Assembly: GCA_047631715.1 (NCBI GenBank)
Contig: JBLICC010000016.1
Span: 1-19,809 of the forward strand
Reading direction: 5' to 3'
Source of the DNA: Alteromonas naphthalenivorans
Lineage (GTDB): Bacteria > Babelota > Babeliae > Babelales > CAIQNR01
Length of the DNA: 19,809 bases
Part shown: positions 1-9,336 of the stretch, piece after piece
How positions within the stretch are numbered: position 1 is the first letter of the stretch
Layout: every line of letters starts with the position of its first letter
Notes under the pieces: model-generated
The model's input: only the letters and a program-made list of their open reading frames with translations
Told to the model about the DNA's origin: nothing
Databases searched by the model: none
Made by a program: the position numbers and the translations under genes

Positions 1-1353
1 TGTATCTTGCGAAAGTGCTTGCTTACCAGAAAGATTGTTTCGTTCACTTGCTATCCAGTTTCCCTGTTCTATCCACTTTTGATAATACTCTTTATAGCGT
101 TCAAAGGTTGCTTGTAATTCTTGTGTATCGCTAATTAAATAAGTTGGATTAACTGTTTTTTTAATCGTTTCGATATTTTTATAACATACTTTATTGTCTT
201 CTTGAAGCTTTTTAAGTTCTTGTTTAACTGTTTCTTCGTTTGCTTCTTTAGTTGCTTGAGTTGCTTTTACACGTTCAAGTTCTAATGTTTTGTTTTGCAG
301 CTCTGCAGTGTGTTCTTGCTTAAGCTTGTACAACAATTCTTGTTCTTGTTCTTTATAGTGTAAAAACGCTTCTTTATGAATAAGGTTTTGTTTAAATTTT
401 ATTTGTTCGTTTGTGAGTTGTTTTGCAAACGCTTCACGTTGTTTTTCTAAAGTTGCTTTATCAGGTGCTTTAAGCAGTTGTGTATTTGTTTTTTTCCAAA
501 TTGCCATCTGTTTGTTTAAAAGCTCGATTTGCTTATGTATGTCTTTTTTTTTCTGCTCGTGTTCAAAGAGTAAAAACTTTTGTTCTTGTTGTTTTAGGTT
601 GAGTATTTTTTTGTTTGCTTCTAATTGTTCTTGTGTTTTTTTTGTAATTACTTCTTTTTGTACAAGTGCCTTAAGTTGTTCAGTGAGTATAATAGTTTGT
701 TTTTCTATCTCTGTGCTTTGTTCACATTCTTTTGCTATATGCACGGCTAATTTTTCTAAATGTTCTTTTTCTTGATTGGTTTTGCGGGCTTGTTCAAGAG
801 CAAGTTTTTTTGCTTTTTCATAACGATCGAGGCCTAAAATACTGGCTAGGATTTCTTTACGATCCTTGGGTGATTTTTTAGAAAATTCATTTGCTTGGCC
901 TTGACGTAAAAACGAAGAGTTAATAAAGGCTTCGTAGGTGAGCCCTAATGTTTTGTCTATGCATTCTTGTGTTTTACGAATAGTTTTTTCGGTCAGCGGC
1001 ATAAAATAATCTGTTTCAGTATTATAGGTGCCAAAGTCTACATGTGCTTTTGGTTTTCCATATTTGGTAGAAAAAACTCGTTTAACTCGATAGGCTTGTT
1101 TGTTAAATATAAAATCAAAAATGACCATAACATCAGTCTGGCCTTGTTTAACCACACCGCTATCGGCTTTTGAGGTGTTTCCTGTTTTACGTGCTTGCCC
1201 CCAAAGTGCCCAGGTCATAGCATCAAGAAGTGCAGATTTGCCATGGCCATTTTTACCAGATAAACAGATGAGTTTATAGTTGGTAAAATCTATGGTTTGT
1301 GCTGGAGATCCATAGCTTAAAAAATTTTGAATGCGTAGCGTTAGAGGTATCAT
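1..1353 (-). CDS. sbcC: SbcC/Rad50-like SMC-family ATPase, N-terminal part (runs off the left edge; absent from ORF track)
   Basis: Manual translation from ATG at 1353: MIPLTLRIQNFLSYGSPAQTIDFTNYKLICLSGKNGHGKSALLDAMTWALWG (Walker A GKNGHGKS). SSFLRQGQANEF follows, then a long K/E/Q coiled coil. AAGGAG RBS lies at 1365-1370. Confidence 0.88.
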   Translation of the reverse strand, partial: MIPLTLRIQNFLSYGSPAQTIDFTNYKLICLSGKNGHGKSALLDAMTWALWGQARKTGNTSKADSGVVKQGQTDVMVIFDFIFNKQAYRVKRVFSTKYGKPKAHVDFGTYNTETDYFMPLTEKTIRKTQECIDKTLGLTYEAFINSSFLRQGQANEFSKKSPKDRKEILASILGLDRYEKAKKLALEQARKTNQEKEHLEKLAVHIAKECEQSTEIEKQTIILTEQLKALVQKEVITKKTQEQLEANKKILNLKQQEQKFLLFEHEQKKKDIHKQIELLNKQMAIWKKTNTQLLKAPDKATLEKQREAFAKQLTNEQIKFKQNLIHKEAFLHYKEQEQELLYKLKQEHTAELQNKTLELERVKATQATKEANEETVKQELKKLQEDNKVCYKNIETIKKTVNPTYLISDTQELQATFERYKEYYQKWIEQGNWIASERNNLSGKQALSQDT

Positions 1354-1438
1354 GAGTGAAATTTCTCCTTGCATTTTTAATTAAACTATACTACAACCCA
1401 TGAAGTTATAACTATGTGGTTACAAAAACGGAGTGGGT

Positions 1439-2851
1439 ATGCAAGATCATATTTTTCGCACGTACGACATTCGAGGTAAAGTTGGTTCAGAATTGCAAAT
1501 AGATCAAGTTCGTCGATTAGCACGTGCTTTAGCTTTTTATTATAAACAACAAGATGCTTCGATACAAACTATTGCTGTTGGTATGGATGGTCGTACACAT
1601 TCTCCATCAATAAAAAAAGAGTTGATTGCGGGCCTACAAGAAAGCGGTTTAAACGTTATCTTTATTGGAGTTTGCCCATCTCCTACATTGTATTTTTCTC
1701 AATACTGGTTATCGGTTGATGCAGCTTTGATGATTACGGCGTCTCATAATCCGCAAGAATATAATGGTATTAAAATCTGTATGCGCAAGCAATCGGTATT
1801 TGGTCAAGAGATCCAAACTATCTTACAGTATTTTAAAGATGCAAAGTGTATTGCTGATGCACAGTCAGGAGCATACACAGAGCATTTTATTGTCCCTGAA
1901 TATGTTGCGTTTTTAAAACGTTTATTTCCAGAACTAGTTGGTATTGATGTTAATGCTGTGTTTGATTGTGGACATAGTGCTGCGGGTGCAGTTATGCCTG
2001 AATTGATTAAACAGATGAAATGGAAGCGTGCGTATCAATTGTGTACTGAGGTTGATGGATCAAAAGCAACGCATGAGGCCGATCCTACTAAGCCAGAAAA
2101 TGTAAAAGATTTGGTGGATGAAGTAGCTCGCGTTGGAGCAGATTTGGGTATGGCTTTTGATGGAGATGCTGATCGTATGGGAGCTGTAACCGCTGAGGGG
2201 TATTTAGTACCAGGTGATCAGCTATTAACAATTTATAGTCAAGAAATTTTATCTTATATTAAACAAGCATCTGTAGCTTTTGACATTAAGTGCTCAAGTA
2301 GTTTAAAAGAGATGGTTATTCAGTGGGGTGGTAAGCCTTGCGTTTCACCTTCTGGGCATGCTTTTATTAAGCAATGTATGAAAGATAATAATGCTATTGT
2401 AGCAGGAGAGTTAAGTTGTCATTTTTTCTTTCACGATCGCTATTTTGGATTTGATGATGGTATCTATGCTGCTTTGCGTTTGATTGAACTTCTGGTAAAA
2501 TCAGGGGAAACACTCACTGAGCGTTTAAAAATAATTCCTCGTCGACAAAGTTCTCCCGAATTGCGTATTGCATGTGGGCAAGCAGAAGGTCAAAAAATTG
2601 TGGATAAAGTAAAAAATAGTTTTGCACAAGAAAAAAATGTAGAACTGACCACAATCGATGGGGTACGTGTTGATACAAAAGATGGATGGGGATTGATTCG
2701 AGCTTCTAATACGCAGCCTGTGATTTGTTTGCGGTTTGAATCGAACTCTGTTGAAGGATTGCAAAAAATAAGAAAACGCTTTGTGCTGGCTCTTAAAGAA
2801 TGCTTTCCTTTGGACTTTATAGAGAAGCAGGTAACATGGCCAGGAATATAG
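1439..2851 (+). CDS. Phosphomannomutase/phosphoglucomutase
   Basis: IFRTYDIRG, catalytic TASHNP, metal loop FDGDADR, GELSCHFFF and RASNTQP. ATG 1439 follows GGAG (the track uses GTG 1433). Confidence 0.95.
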   Translation: MQDHIFRTYDIRGKVGSELQIDQVRRLARALAFYYKQQDASIQTIAVGMDGRTHSPSIKKELIAGLQESGLNVIFIGVCPSPTLYFSQYWLSVDAALMITASHNPQEYNGIKICMRKQSVFGQEIQTILQYFKDAKCIADAQSGAYTEHFIVPEYVAFLKRLFPELVGIDVNAVFDCGHSAAGAVMPELIKQMKWKRAYQLCTEVDGSKATHEADPTKPENVKDLVDEVARVGADLGMAFDGDADRMGAVTAEGYLVPGDQLLTIYSQEILSYIKQASVAFDIKCSSSLKEMVIQWGGKPCVSPSGHAFIKQCMKDNNAIVAGELSCHFFFHDRYFGFDDGIYAALRLIELLVKSGETLTERLKIIPRRQSSPELRIACGQAEGQKIVDKVKNSFAQEKNVELTTIDGVRVDTKDGWGLIRASNTQPVICLRFESNSVEGLQKIRKRFVLALKECFPLDFIEKQVTWPGI

Positions 2852-3669
2852 GATTACATTTACGTCTTACAGATTCACTTTCAAAGTTACTTGATCGAGC
2901 AATAGAATTAAAGCAATCGGTTGTACAGTGTTTTTTTATTGTTCAAGGTATTAATAAGTATATTACGTTTACTGAAGGTGAACTCGAAGAATGTTTAAAG
3001 AAAAGAAAAAAACACTTTAAAGAACTTTATTTACACGCATCATATTGGGTTAATTTATCGGGCAGAAAAAATAGTGGCTGGCGAACATTTAAAAAAGAAT
3101 TAGAGCTTGCAAGAACTTTAGGGTTTACTCATATTGTGATTCACCCAGGATCTTCAACCGGGTGCAAGGATAAGCAAGAAGGTATTACTTGTTTGGCAAA
3201 TGCACTTAACAAAGCATTGTCTCGTTATGATGATATTACGATTGTTATAGAAAACATTGCTCATGGTAAAATGTCTGTCGGTGGAGATTTAGAAGATTTT
3301 AAAGAGTTACTAGAACAAATAGATGAACCCGATCGCATTGCCTTTTGTATTGATACAGCACATGCCTATTCGTATGGTTATGATATTGCAGATAAAAAAG
3401 AGCTAGCTAAATTTTTTGATAAAGTTGATGACTGTGTGGGAGCAAAGCGCGTTGCGTTATTGCATTTAAATGATTCAGTAAAAAAATGTGGATCACGCAT
3501 CGATAAACATGCTATTCCCGGACAAGGTCTAATTGGAAAAGAACCACTTGAGGCTATAATGAATCATCCAAAACTTAAACACGCTTCTATTATTCTTGAG
3601 CTTCCTGTACTACCAAAGGACGAAGAAGTAGCAATATTAAAAGAGGTTCGGTCGTGGAATAAAAAGTGA
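2836..3669 (+). CDS. nfo: Endonuclease IV (AP endonuclease 2)
   Basis: Metal-ligand motifs HASYWVNL, HPGS, IEN, CIDTAH, HLNDS, DKH and ILE. Likely start is ATG 2836 (MARNIGLH), overlapping the PMM gene by 16 nt. Confidence 0.93.
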   Translation: MARNIGLHLRLTDSLSKLLDRAIELKQSVVQCFFIVQGINKYITFTEGELEECLKKRKKHFKELYLHASYWVNLSGRKNSGWRTFKKELELARTLGFTHIVIHPGSSTGCKDKQEGITCLANALNKALSRYDDITIVIENIAHGKMSVGGDLEDFKELLEQIDEPDRIAFCIDTAHAYSYGYDIADKKELAKFFDKVDDCVGAKRVALLHLNDSVKKCGSRIDKHAIPGQGLIGKEPLEAIMNHPKLKHASIILELPVLPKDEEVAILKEVRSWNKK

Positions 3670-3698
3670 CTTGGGTTTTTGATTAGGAGATGAGAGTA

Positions 3699-4697
3699 AT
3701 GAAGATTGCCATTAATGGGTTTGGAAGAATTGGAAGAAATTTTTTAAGAGCATTGTTTTCAGATGCTACTGCATTAAAAAAAGTAGAAGTTGTTGCTTTG
3801 AATATTGGTCCAGCGGACCCAGCTTTTGTAGCGCATAGTGTTACCTATGATACTATTATGGGCAAGTTCGATGGAGACGTATCTTATAGTAATAATGTTC
3901 TTTCTATAAACGGTCATAAGATTGCTGTTTATGCAGAGACAGATCCATCAAAATTAGATTGGAAAAAAAACGGTGTTGATTGGGTAGTTGATTGTTCTGG
4001 AAGATTTACAAAAAAAGCTGATGCACAAAAACATATTGCTGCAGGAGCAAAGCATGTACTTATTTCTGCACCATCAGTAGATGCTGATGTTACGGTTATT
4101 CTTGGGGTAAATACTCATGCTTACACAGGGCAACAGATTGTTTCTTTGGGTAGCTGTACAACTAATGCAGTAGCTCCTGTGTTAAATGTTTTAAATAAAA
4201 AATTTGGTATTGTTAGCGCGTATATGACAACTGTTCATGCGTATACCAATAATCAAACATTACTTGATGTTGATCGTTCAGATATTCGTCGTGCACGAGC
4301 AGCAGCACTTAATATTATTCCAACAACTACGGGTGCTATGAAGGTAGTCGGTCAGGTTTTACCAGAACTTGCAGGTAAGATAGAAGGGTGTTCTTTGCGA
4401 GTGCCGGTAGCAACGGTATCTTTGATTGATCTTTCTTTTGTTGCTCAACAGGCAATAATAGCAGAAAGTATTAATACTGCTTGCTCTCAAGCCGCTCAGA
4501 GTAACTTAGAAAATATTATGCAAGTAACAGATGAAGAACTTGTTTCTTCTGATTTTAGTCAGAATAGCCATTCAGTTATTATTGACCAAAAGCTTACTCA
4601 GGCAGTTGGATCGCTGGGTAAAGTATTTGGTTGGTATGATAATGAATGGGGTTATAGTTGTCGTCTTAAAGATTTTTTACTTATGCAAAGTGTATAA
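3699..4697 (+). CDS. gap: Type I glyceraldehyde-3-phosphate dehydrogenase
   Basis: INGFGRIGR, SCTTN, TTVHAYT, IIPTTTGA and WYDNEWGYS. AGGAG at 3685-3689 favours ATG 3699 over 3690. Confidence 0.95.
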   Translation: MKIAINGFGRIGRNFLRALFSDATALKKVEVVALNIGPADPAFVAHSVTYDTIMGKFDGDVSYSNNVLSINGHKIAVYAETDPSKLDWKKNGVDWVVDCSGRFTKKADAQKHIAAGAKHVLISAPSVDADVTVILGVNTHAYTGQQIVSLGSCTTNAVAPVLNVLNKKFGIVSAYMTTVHAYTNNQTLLDVDRSDIRRARAAALNIIPTTTGAMKVVGQVLPELAGKIEGCSLRVPVATVSLIDLSFVAQQAIIAESINTACSQAAQSNLENIMQVTDEELVSSDFSQNSHSVIIDQKLTQAVGSLGKVFGWYDNEWGYSCRLKDFLLMQSV

Positions 4698-4702
4698 GTT
4701 TC

Positions 4703-4730
4703 TTGCAATCGTTAAAGATTCCTTTAAGCT
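4703..4730 (+). promoter_or_regulatory. Putative sigma70 promoter for the tRNA and downstream genes
   Basis: TTGCAA-16 nt-TAAGCT, about 40 nt upstream of the tRNA. Confidence 0.45.
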
Positions 4731-4771
4731 AAAGGGAACGGGTGTTTGCCCGTGTAGCAAGGAGCAAGGGC

Positions 4772-4848
4772 GGGCCCATAGCTCAGTTGGTTAGAGCAAT
4801 CGGCTCATAACCGAGAGGTCCCAGGTTCAAATCCTGGTGGGCCCACCA
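4772..4848 (+). tRNA. tRNA with CAT anticodon, most likely tRNA-Ile2 (lysidine-modified)
   Basis: GGGCCCA/TGGGCCC acceptor stem, D arm GCTC-AGTTGGTTA-GAGC, anticodon loop CTCATAA, T arm CCAGG-TTCAAAT-CCTGG, encoded CCA. The paired G1-C72 and absence of three consecutive G-C pairs in the anticodon stem exclude initiator Met. The sequence resembles Ile2 tRNAs. Confidence 0.93.
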
Positions 4849-4879
4849 TCCTTCATCATTCTACCTTAGGGAGTTCACG

Positions 4880-5611
4880 ATGAGTAAAAGCCCCTTTGAT
4901 TTATTCATAGATCTAATTACGTTCGATCAAATATTGCATAAAAAAGAAAAAGAAATTATTCACCTAGAGGGTGAAATTGAGTTGATAGAAGATCAGCTAG
5001 AACTGAGTAAAAAGCAGTTTGTAGAAGAAAAAAAAGCATTGTACGATTTACGCAAAAATGTTGATATGCAAGAGCTTGAGATGAAGACATTGGATGAAAA
5101 AGCAAAAAAAGTACAAGAGCGTTATTCTATTGCATCTAATAATAGAGAATATATTGCGCTAAAATCAGAAACCGAAGATATTCAAAATGAGCAAATGGCC
5201 GCAGAAGAAAAACTTATAGCTGTTTGGAATACTCTTGAAAATGCGCAAAAAAATGTTGAGAAACAAGAAAAAGAAATTCACGGTCAAACAGAAACACTTT
5301 TATCTGAAATTAACGAAAAACAAGAAAAAGTAGACGAACTTGAAGAAAAACTACAAGCAGAAACAAAAGGTCGTCAAGATAAAGAAATAGGCATTCCAGA
5401 AGAGTGGTTAGAAAAATATGCGCGTATGCGTAATTTGGTTATTGACCCTGTTGCTTCTGTTGAAGATCAAAGTTGTAAATCGTGCTTTCATGTAGTAACA
5501 AATCAAGAAATGGCTCAGTTGCAAAGAAAAAAATTATTGCAATGCAAGGGCTGCTATCGATTCTTGTATCTTAATTATGCTACTGAAGTAGAGGAATCCA
5601 ATGGCGGATAA
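4880..5611 (+). CDS. Coiled-coil protein with C-terminal C4 zinc ribbon (DUF164/CT398-like)
   Basis: About 170 aa of E/K/Q heptads, then IPEEWLEKYARMR...CKSC...CKGCYRFLY. AGGGAG RBS upstream. Confidence 0.85.
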   Translation: MSKSPFDLFIDLITFDQILHKKEKEIIHLEGEIELIEDQLELSKKQFVEEKKALYDLRKNVDMQELEMKTLDEKAKKVQERYSIASNNREYIALKSETEDIQNEQMAAEEKLIAVWNTLENAQKNVEKQEKEIHGQTETLLSEINEKQEKVDELEEKLQAETKGRQDKEIGIPEEWLEKYARMRNLVIDPVASVEDQSCKSCFHVVTNQEMAQLQRKKLLQCKGCYRFLYLNYATEVEESNGG

Positions 5612-6113
5612 TCAGACTTCTATTTTTGATACTGCTATAAATACATTTAAATCTTCTGAGTATGATTGGGAGTTATTTGTTGATGGTGCTTCTAAAGGTA
5701 ATCCTGGTCCATCTGGGGCAGGAGTATATATCAAGAAGCAAGGTAAAGATTTTTTAAGAAAAGGTTTTTATCTACAAACAAAAACAAATAATGAAGCTGA
5801 ATATCTTGCATTAGTTATTGGCATTTTGTTTTTAAAGTTAGAAGTGCAACCTGGTGATAGAGTATGTATCACATCAGATTCAGAACTTTTAGTTAAGCAA
5901 ATGCTAGGGCAGTATAAAGTAAGAAAAGAAGAATTAAAAAAATTCCATTCGGTTGCAAGTCAAGAATCTTCTCTTTTTAGCCCCACATTTAAACATACCT
6001 TGCGAGAAAATAATACGCATGCCGATGCGCTGGCTAATGAAGGTGTAGCACAAAGAACATCTTTGCCTATCAAGTTTCTTGATGTATTGCGCACGTATGA
6101 TGTTTATATCTAG
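5601..6113 (+). CDS. rnhA: Ribonuclease HI (archaeal-like/YpdQ type)
   Basis: FVDGASKGNPGPSGAG, TNNEAEYLAL, SDSELLVKQ and RENNTHADALAN give the D-E-D-D catalytic set. Confidence 0.92.
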   Translation: MADNQTSIFDTAINTFKSSEYDWELFVDGASKGNPGPSGAGVYIKKQGKDFLRKGFYLQTKTNNEAEYLALVIGILFLKLEVQPGDRVCITSDSELLVKQMLGQYKVRKEELKKFHSVASQESSLFSPTFKHTLRENNTHADALANEGVAQRTSLPIKFLDVLRTYDVYI

Positions 6114-7221
6114 GGCATTATTGCTTTTTCTCATACCTCTTTTTTCTTATGCCACTCCTGTACGAGTTTTATTGGATCAAAAAAAAACAGGCACGTGGAG
6201 ATTGTCAGCTCGTCGAGGGTTTAGATTAAGAGATAGAACAACCGATCGAGAGCTAACACTTAAACAAACGCGTAATATATTAACGTTAACGTGCAAACCA
6301 GATGGTGTGTATTTAGATAATAAAAAATTATGTGTTGATAATATGTTATTCGAACCAATTGATGGCATTGTACAGTTTGGTTCTGGTGTGTATGAAGGTG
6401 CTTTTTATCTACAAAAAGATAAGCAACGTTATTTGCTTATTAATATTTTACCGTTAGAAAATTATGTATATTCGGTGCTCAAGACAGAAAGTTGGCCTGG
6501 TTGGCCGTTAGAGGTTAATAAAGTTATGGCTATTGCGAGTAGAACATATTTATTGCACCGATTATTTTCTTCTCGAATACAAGATAATCATTACCACATA
6601 AAAAATACTAACTATCATCAAACCTATACAGGAATGCATGACTGTCCTGTGATTCGTCAAGCAGTACACGAGACACGAGATGTATTTTTGAGTCACGAAG
6701 GAAAACCCATTTTGGCTATGTTTGATTCGTGTTGTGGTGGTATTGCTCCATCGTCTATTACCGGTATGATTGATTTTAAAAAAGCACCTTATTTAGAACG
6801 ATCGTATAAGTGTCATTATTGTCGATCATGTAAATTATTTACATGGTCAGCTTTATATGAATTAGATCATTTTATCGATCTTCTTCAAGAGGGAACTAAT
6901 ACTATTATTCATGATATTAAAACAGTAAAAGTAACACAAAAAAAAGCTGGTTTTGTTAAAGATATTCAGATTAACACACTACGAGGCTTATTAGCATTTG
7001 ATTCACAAGATTTTTACCGTTTATTTAAAGAAGTTAAAAGTTATAGTTTTTCTGTTAAAAAACAGGGCACAAAAATCGCTGTAAATGGTAAAGGGTATGG
7101 GCATCATATTGGTTTATGCCAATGGGGCGCACGAGAGATGGTTAATAAAGGTTTTAATTATAAAAAGATTTTAGAGTTTTATTATCCAAAAACTACATTT
7201 ATGAAGTTAGAGCGAAAATAA
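6097..7221 (+). CDS. SpoIID/LytB-domain lytic transglycosylase with signal peptide
   Basis: LINILPLENYVYSVLKTE, AIASRTY, HQTYTG, SCCGG and GKGYGHHIGLCQWGA...ILEFYYP. Hydrophobic N-terminus. Start is 6097 or 6100. Confidence 0.9.
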   Translation: MMFISRALLLFLIPLFSYATPVRVLLDQKKTGTWRLSARRGFRLRDRTTDRELTLKQTRNILTLTCKPDGVYLDNKKLCVDNMLFEPIDGIVQFGSGVYEGAFYLQKDKQRYLLINILPLENYVYSVLKTESWPGWPLEVNKVMAIASRTYLLHRLFSSRIQDNHYHIKNTNYHQTYTGMHDCPVIRQAVHETRDVFLSHEGKPILAMFDSCCGGIAPSSITGMIDFKKAPYLERSYKCHYCRSCKLFTWSALYELDHFIDLLQEGTNTIIHDIKTVKVTQKKAGFVKDIQINTLRGLLAFDSQDFYRLFKEVKSYSFSVKKQGTKIAVNGKGYGHHIGLCQWGAREMVNKGFNYKKILEFYYPKTTFMKLERK

Positions 7222-7242
7222 GGTTTAAAGTAGGAGAGAGTA

Positions 7243-7686
7243 ATGCCAGGATATAGAAGCCATATTGCAGGTGGAGCCATAACGTTTTGTGGCATTGTTC
7301 TTCTTGTGAGCAAAACCTATCCACCAACGCCTATTACAGCTTTGCAGTGGTTCTTATTAACTATAGTAGGAGCATTGTTTCCTGATGTTGATATCAAGAG
7401 CAGGGGGCAAGGTATATTTTATCGTGTTATCTTGTTGTGCTTAATTTTATTATACCTACAAAAGAACTGGCATTTATTTGCCGCAACTAGTTTCTTAGCC
7501 ATGATTCCATTATTGGTTAGGCATAGAGGGCTGTTTCATGAATTGTGGTTTGTGGTAGCTGTGCCGTTTGCCTTAGCATGCTTTACTATGCAGTCTTTCC
7601 CTGCATGTAAAACGATATTGTTATTAGATGCTACTTTCTTTGCAGCAGGAGCTGTGTCGCATATTGTTTTAGATCGTATAACATGA
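7243..7686 (+). CDS. Membrane-bound metal-dependent hydrolase (YdjM-like)
   Basis: SH near the N-terminus, GALFPDVD, HRGLFH and SHIVLD, with several TM segments. AGGAG RBS. Confidence 0.85.
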   Translation: MPGYRSHIAGGAITFCGIVLLVSKTYPPTPITALQWFLLTIVGALFPDVDIKSRGQGIFYRVILLCLILLYLQKNWHLFAATSFLAMIPLLVRHRGLFHELWFVVAVPFALACFTMQSFPACKTILLLDATFFAAGAVSHIVLDRIT

Positions 7687-7722
7687 ATAAAGCCGCCTAA
7701 GAAATACGCATTCTTAAACGGC
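7687..7722 (-). terminator. Intrinsic terminator of the 492-aa gene
   Basis: Minus-strand RNA GCCGUUUAAGAA-7 nt-UUCUUAGGCGGC forms a 12-bp stem with two G-U pairs, followed by UUUAUU. It lies between convergent genes. Confidence 0.7.
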
Positions 7723-7758
7723 CTTAAAGTTTATTATATCTTTAATATATTATACTTT

Positions 7759-9237
7759 TTAAGTAGTTGGTTTTGATATTTCTGTTTTATCTGTATGTTC
7801 AAATTTGTATTGAGATATATCTGAAAAGTATTTTGTAAATATTTTGATTTGTGAATAAATTAAATTACCTTTAGCTTGTTCTACAAGTTGTTGTAGCATA
7901 GAGATGTATAAATTATATACGCTTAAAGGAGATTTTTCTTTATTAGTATTATTTTGAAAACCTATTAAGCAGTTGTTTGTTTCATCAATAAGCGTACTTA
8001 TGTGCATGTCATCTAATATTATTTTATTACGTTTTTCTTCAGGTGAAAAAGTTTGATCTTCTGCATATTTAATAGTACATGGAGTATCTTTGGTTTCACC
8101 GCATACAGGGCATGCATGTACATCTATAATACCTATTTTATCTTTACCAAGTTGTTCTATTAATCCTAAGTCTTTTTGATGCAATATGTGTTGGTGAGGT
8201 ATGTGTTGGTTGGCTTTTGCTTGACTAATAGCAGCATGAATATCAGCTGATGTATTATTTAATAATGATAATTTTGGATTCGATATTTTTAGTATTTCTA
8301 CTTTTTGTTCAATTGTTAAATTTTTAAGATCTTCGGGAGTTGGTTCTTCTCCGCATTGTACTTTTTCTAATACTTTTTCCATTATTTTTTGAGATATTAA
8401 ATTTTTTAAATTTTTAATCTCTATTTTTATTTCTTTTTGTTCTAGGGCGTCTTTCTTTTGTTGCTCTTGTTTGGCAAGTACTTTCTTTTGGTATTCATCT
8501 TTTTTTCTTTCAGCTGCTTTTTTACCTTCTTTTACAAGAGCTTCTTTTCTCGCTTTATCTATTTCTAATTCTGCTTCATGTGCTTCAGTAGAAGCTTGTA
8601 ATCCTAATATTTTATTATTTTGTTCGAGATGTTTAATTTTTGTTGTTAATTCTCCTGCAATAGTAGATAGAGCAGCTTTATAGGTATTATCTTCTATGCT
8701 TTTTTTAGCAGTTTGTTTCTTTGTATAGGTATTATAAGATGCTTTAAGTGCTGTTAAAATTGCAATATTATCATCAGCAGAGTTTATTTCTGTTCTAAGA
8801 GCGCGTAAAAAAGTATCTCTAGTATGTTGAGGAGCACTTTTTTTGGCTTTACTCTTTTTCTTGGTAGAACGAGTTGCCATTGATAGTTGTTTTGTAAGTT
8901 CTTTTACTTCAGTATAATTATTTGTTTTTGTACGAGCTTCAGAAAGTTGCGCAATTAAATCTTCAGCCATTTCAGAAAGTATGGCTCCAGCATTTGTTAT
9001 GCAGGTTCCAGCTTCTGATGGTTCATAACCATCTTCTTGGCCTTGCATTTTCATACTGCGTAACATTTCAGCAAAATCTGTAGGCATTGGTTCAGGGGTA
9101 GTAGATTCTAACTGTTCTAGGCGAGCTAAAGTAAGTTTGGGAGTATCTTCGTGATCCGTAGCAGAACCCATAAGAGCATTTTGTGCTACTAATAAGGTAA
9201 TAAGTGAAAATACCGCTGTTTTATTTTTAATATTCAT
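7759..9237 (-). CDS. Hypothetical secreted protein, 492 aa (coiled coil, CxxC motif)
   Basis: Long ORF with GGAGA RBS, Sec-like signal peptide, K/E-rich coiled coil and CPVC...C. Confidence 0.8.
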   Translation of the reverse strand: MNIKNKTAVFSLITLLVAQNALMGSATDHEDTPKLTLARLEQLESTTPEPMPTDFAEMLRSMKMQGQEDGYEPSEAGTCITNAGAILSEMAEDLIAQLSEARTKTNNYTEVKELTKQLSMATRSTKKKSKAKKSAPQHTRDTFLRALRTEINSADDNIAILTALKASYNTYTKKQTAKKSIEDNTYKAALSTIAGELTTKIKHLEQNNKILGLQASTEAHEAELEIDKARKEALVKEGKKAAERKKDEYQKKVLAKQEQQKKDALEQKEIKIEIKNLKNLISQKIMEKVLEKVQCGEEPTPEDLKNLTIEQKVEILKISNPKLSLLNNTSADIHAAISQAKANQHIPHQHILHQKDLGLIEQLGKDKIGIIDVHACPVCGETKDTPCTIKYAEDQTFSPEEKRNKIILDDMHISTLIDETNNCLIGFQNNTNKEKSPLSVYNLYISMLQQLVEQAKGNLIYSQIKIFTKYFSDISQYKFEHTDKTEISKPTT

Positions 9238-9283
9238 AATAAGTCTCCATTTTTATTTGAACTAAATCTAAGTCTATAAGCTT

Positions 9284-9311
9284 ATTATATACATAATTTT
9301 CTATTTGTCAA
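9284..9311 (-). promoter_or_regulatory. Consensus sigma70 promoter for the 492-aa gene
   Basis: Minus strand reads TTGACA-16 nt-TATAAT, 46 nt upstream of ATG 9237. Confidence 0.75.
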
Positions 9312-9336
9312 TAGGATGAGGGTGGTTTGATTGAGC

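Noticed and set aside
413..1173. Plus-strand ORFs 413-775 and 967-1173
   Set aside because: Cys/Phe-rich antisense shadows of the sbcC gene.
4531..4794. 87-aa ORF
   Set aside because: Overlaps gap out of frame and runs into the tRNA.
4772..4880. tRNA as an integration site for an island or prophage
   Set aside because: No integrase, no duplicated tRNA 3' end seen in the window, and the downstream genes are housekeeping.
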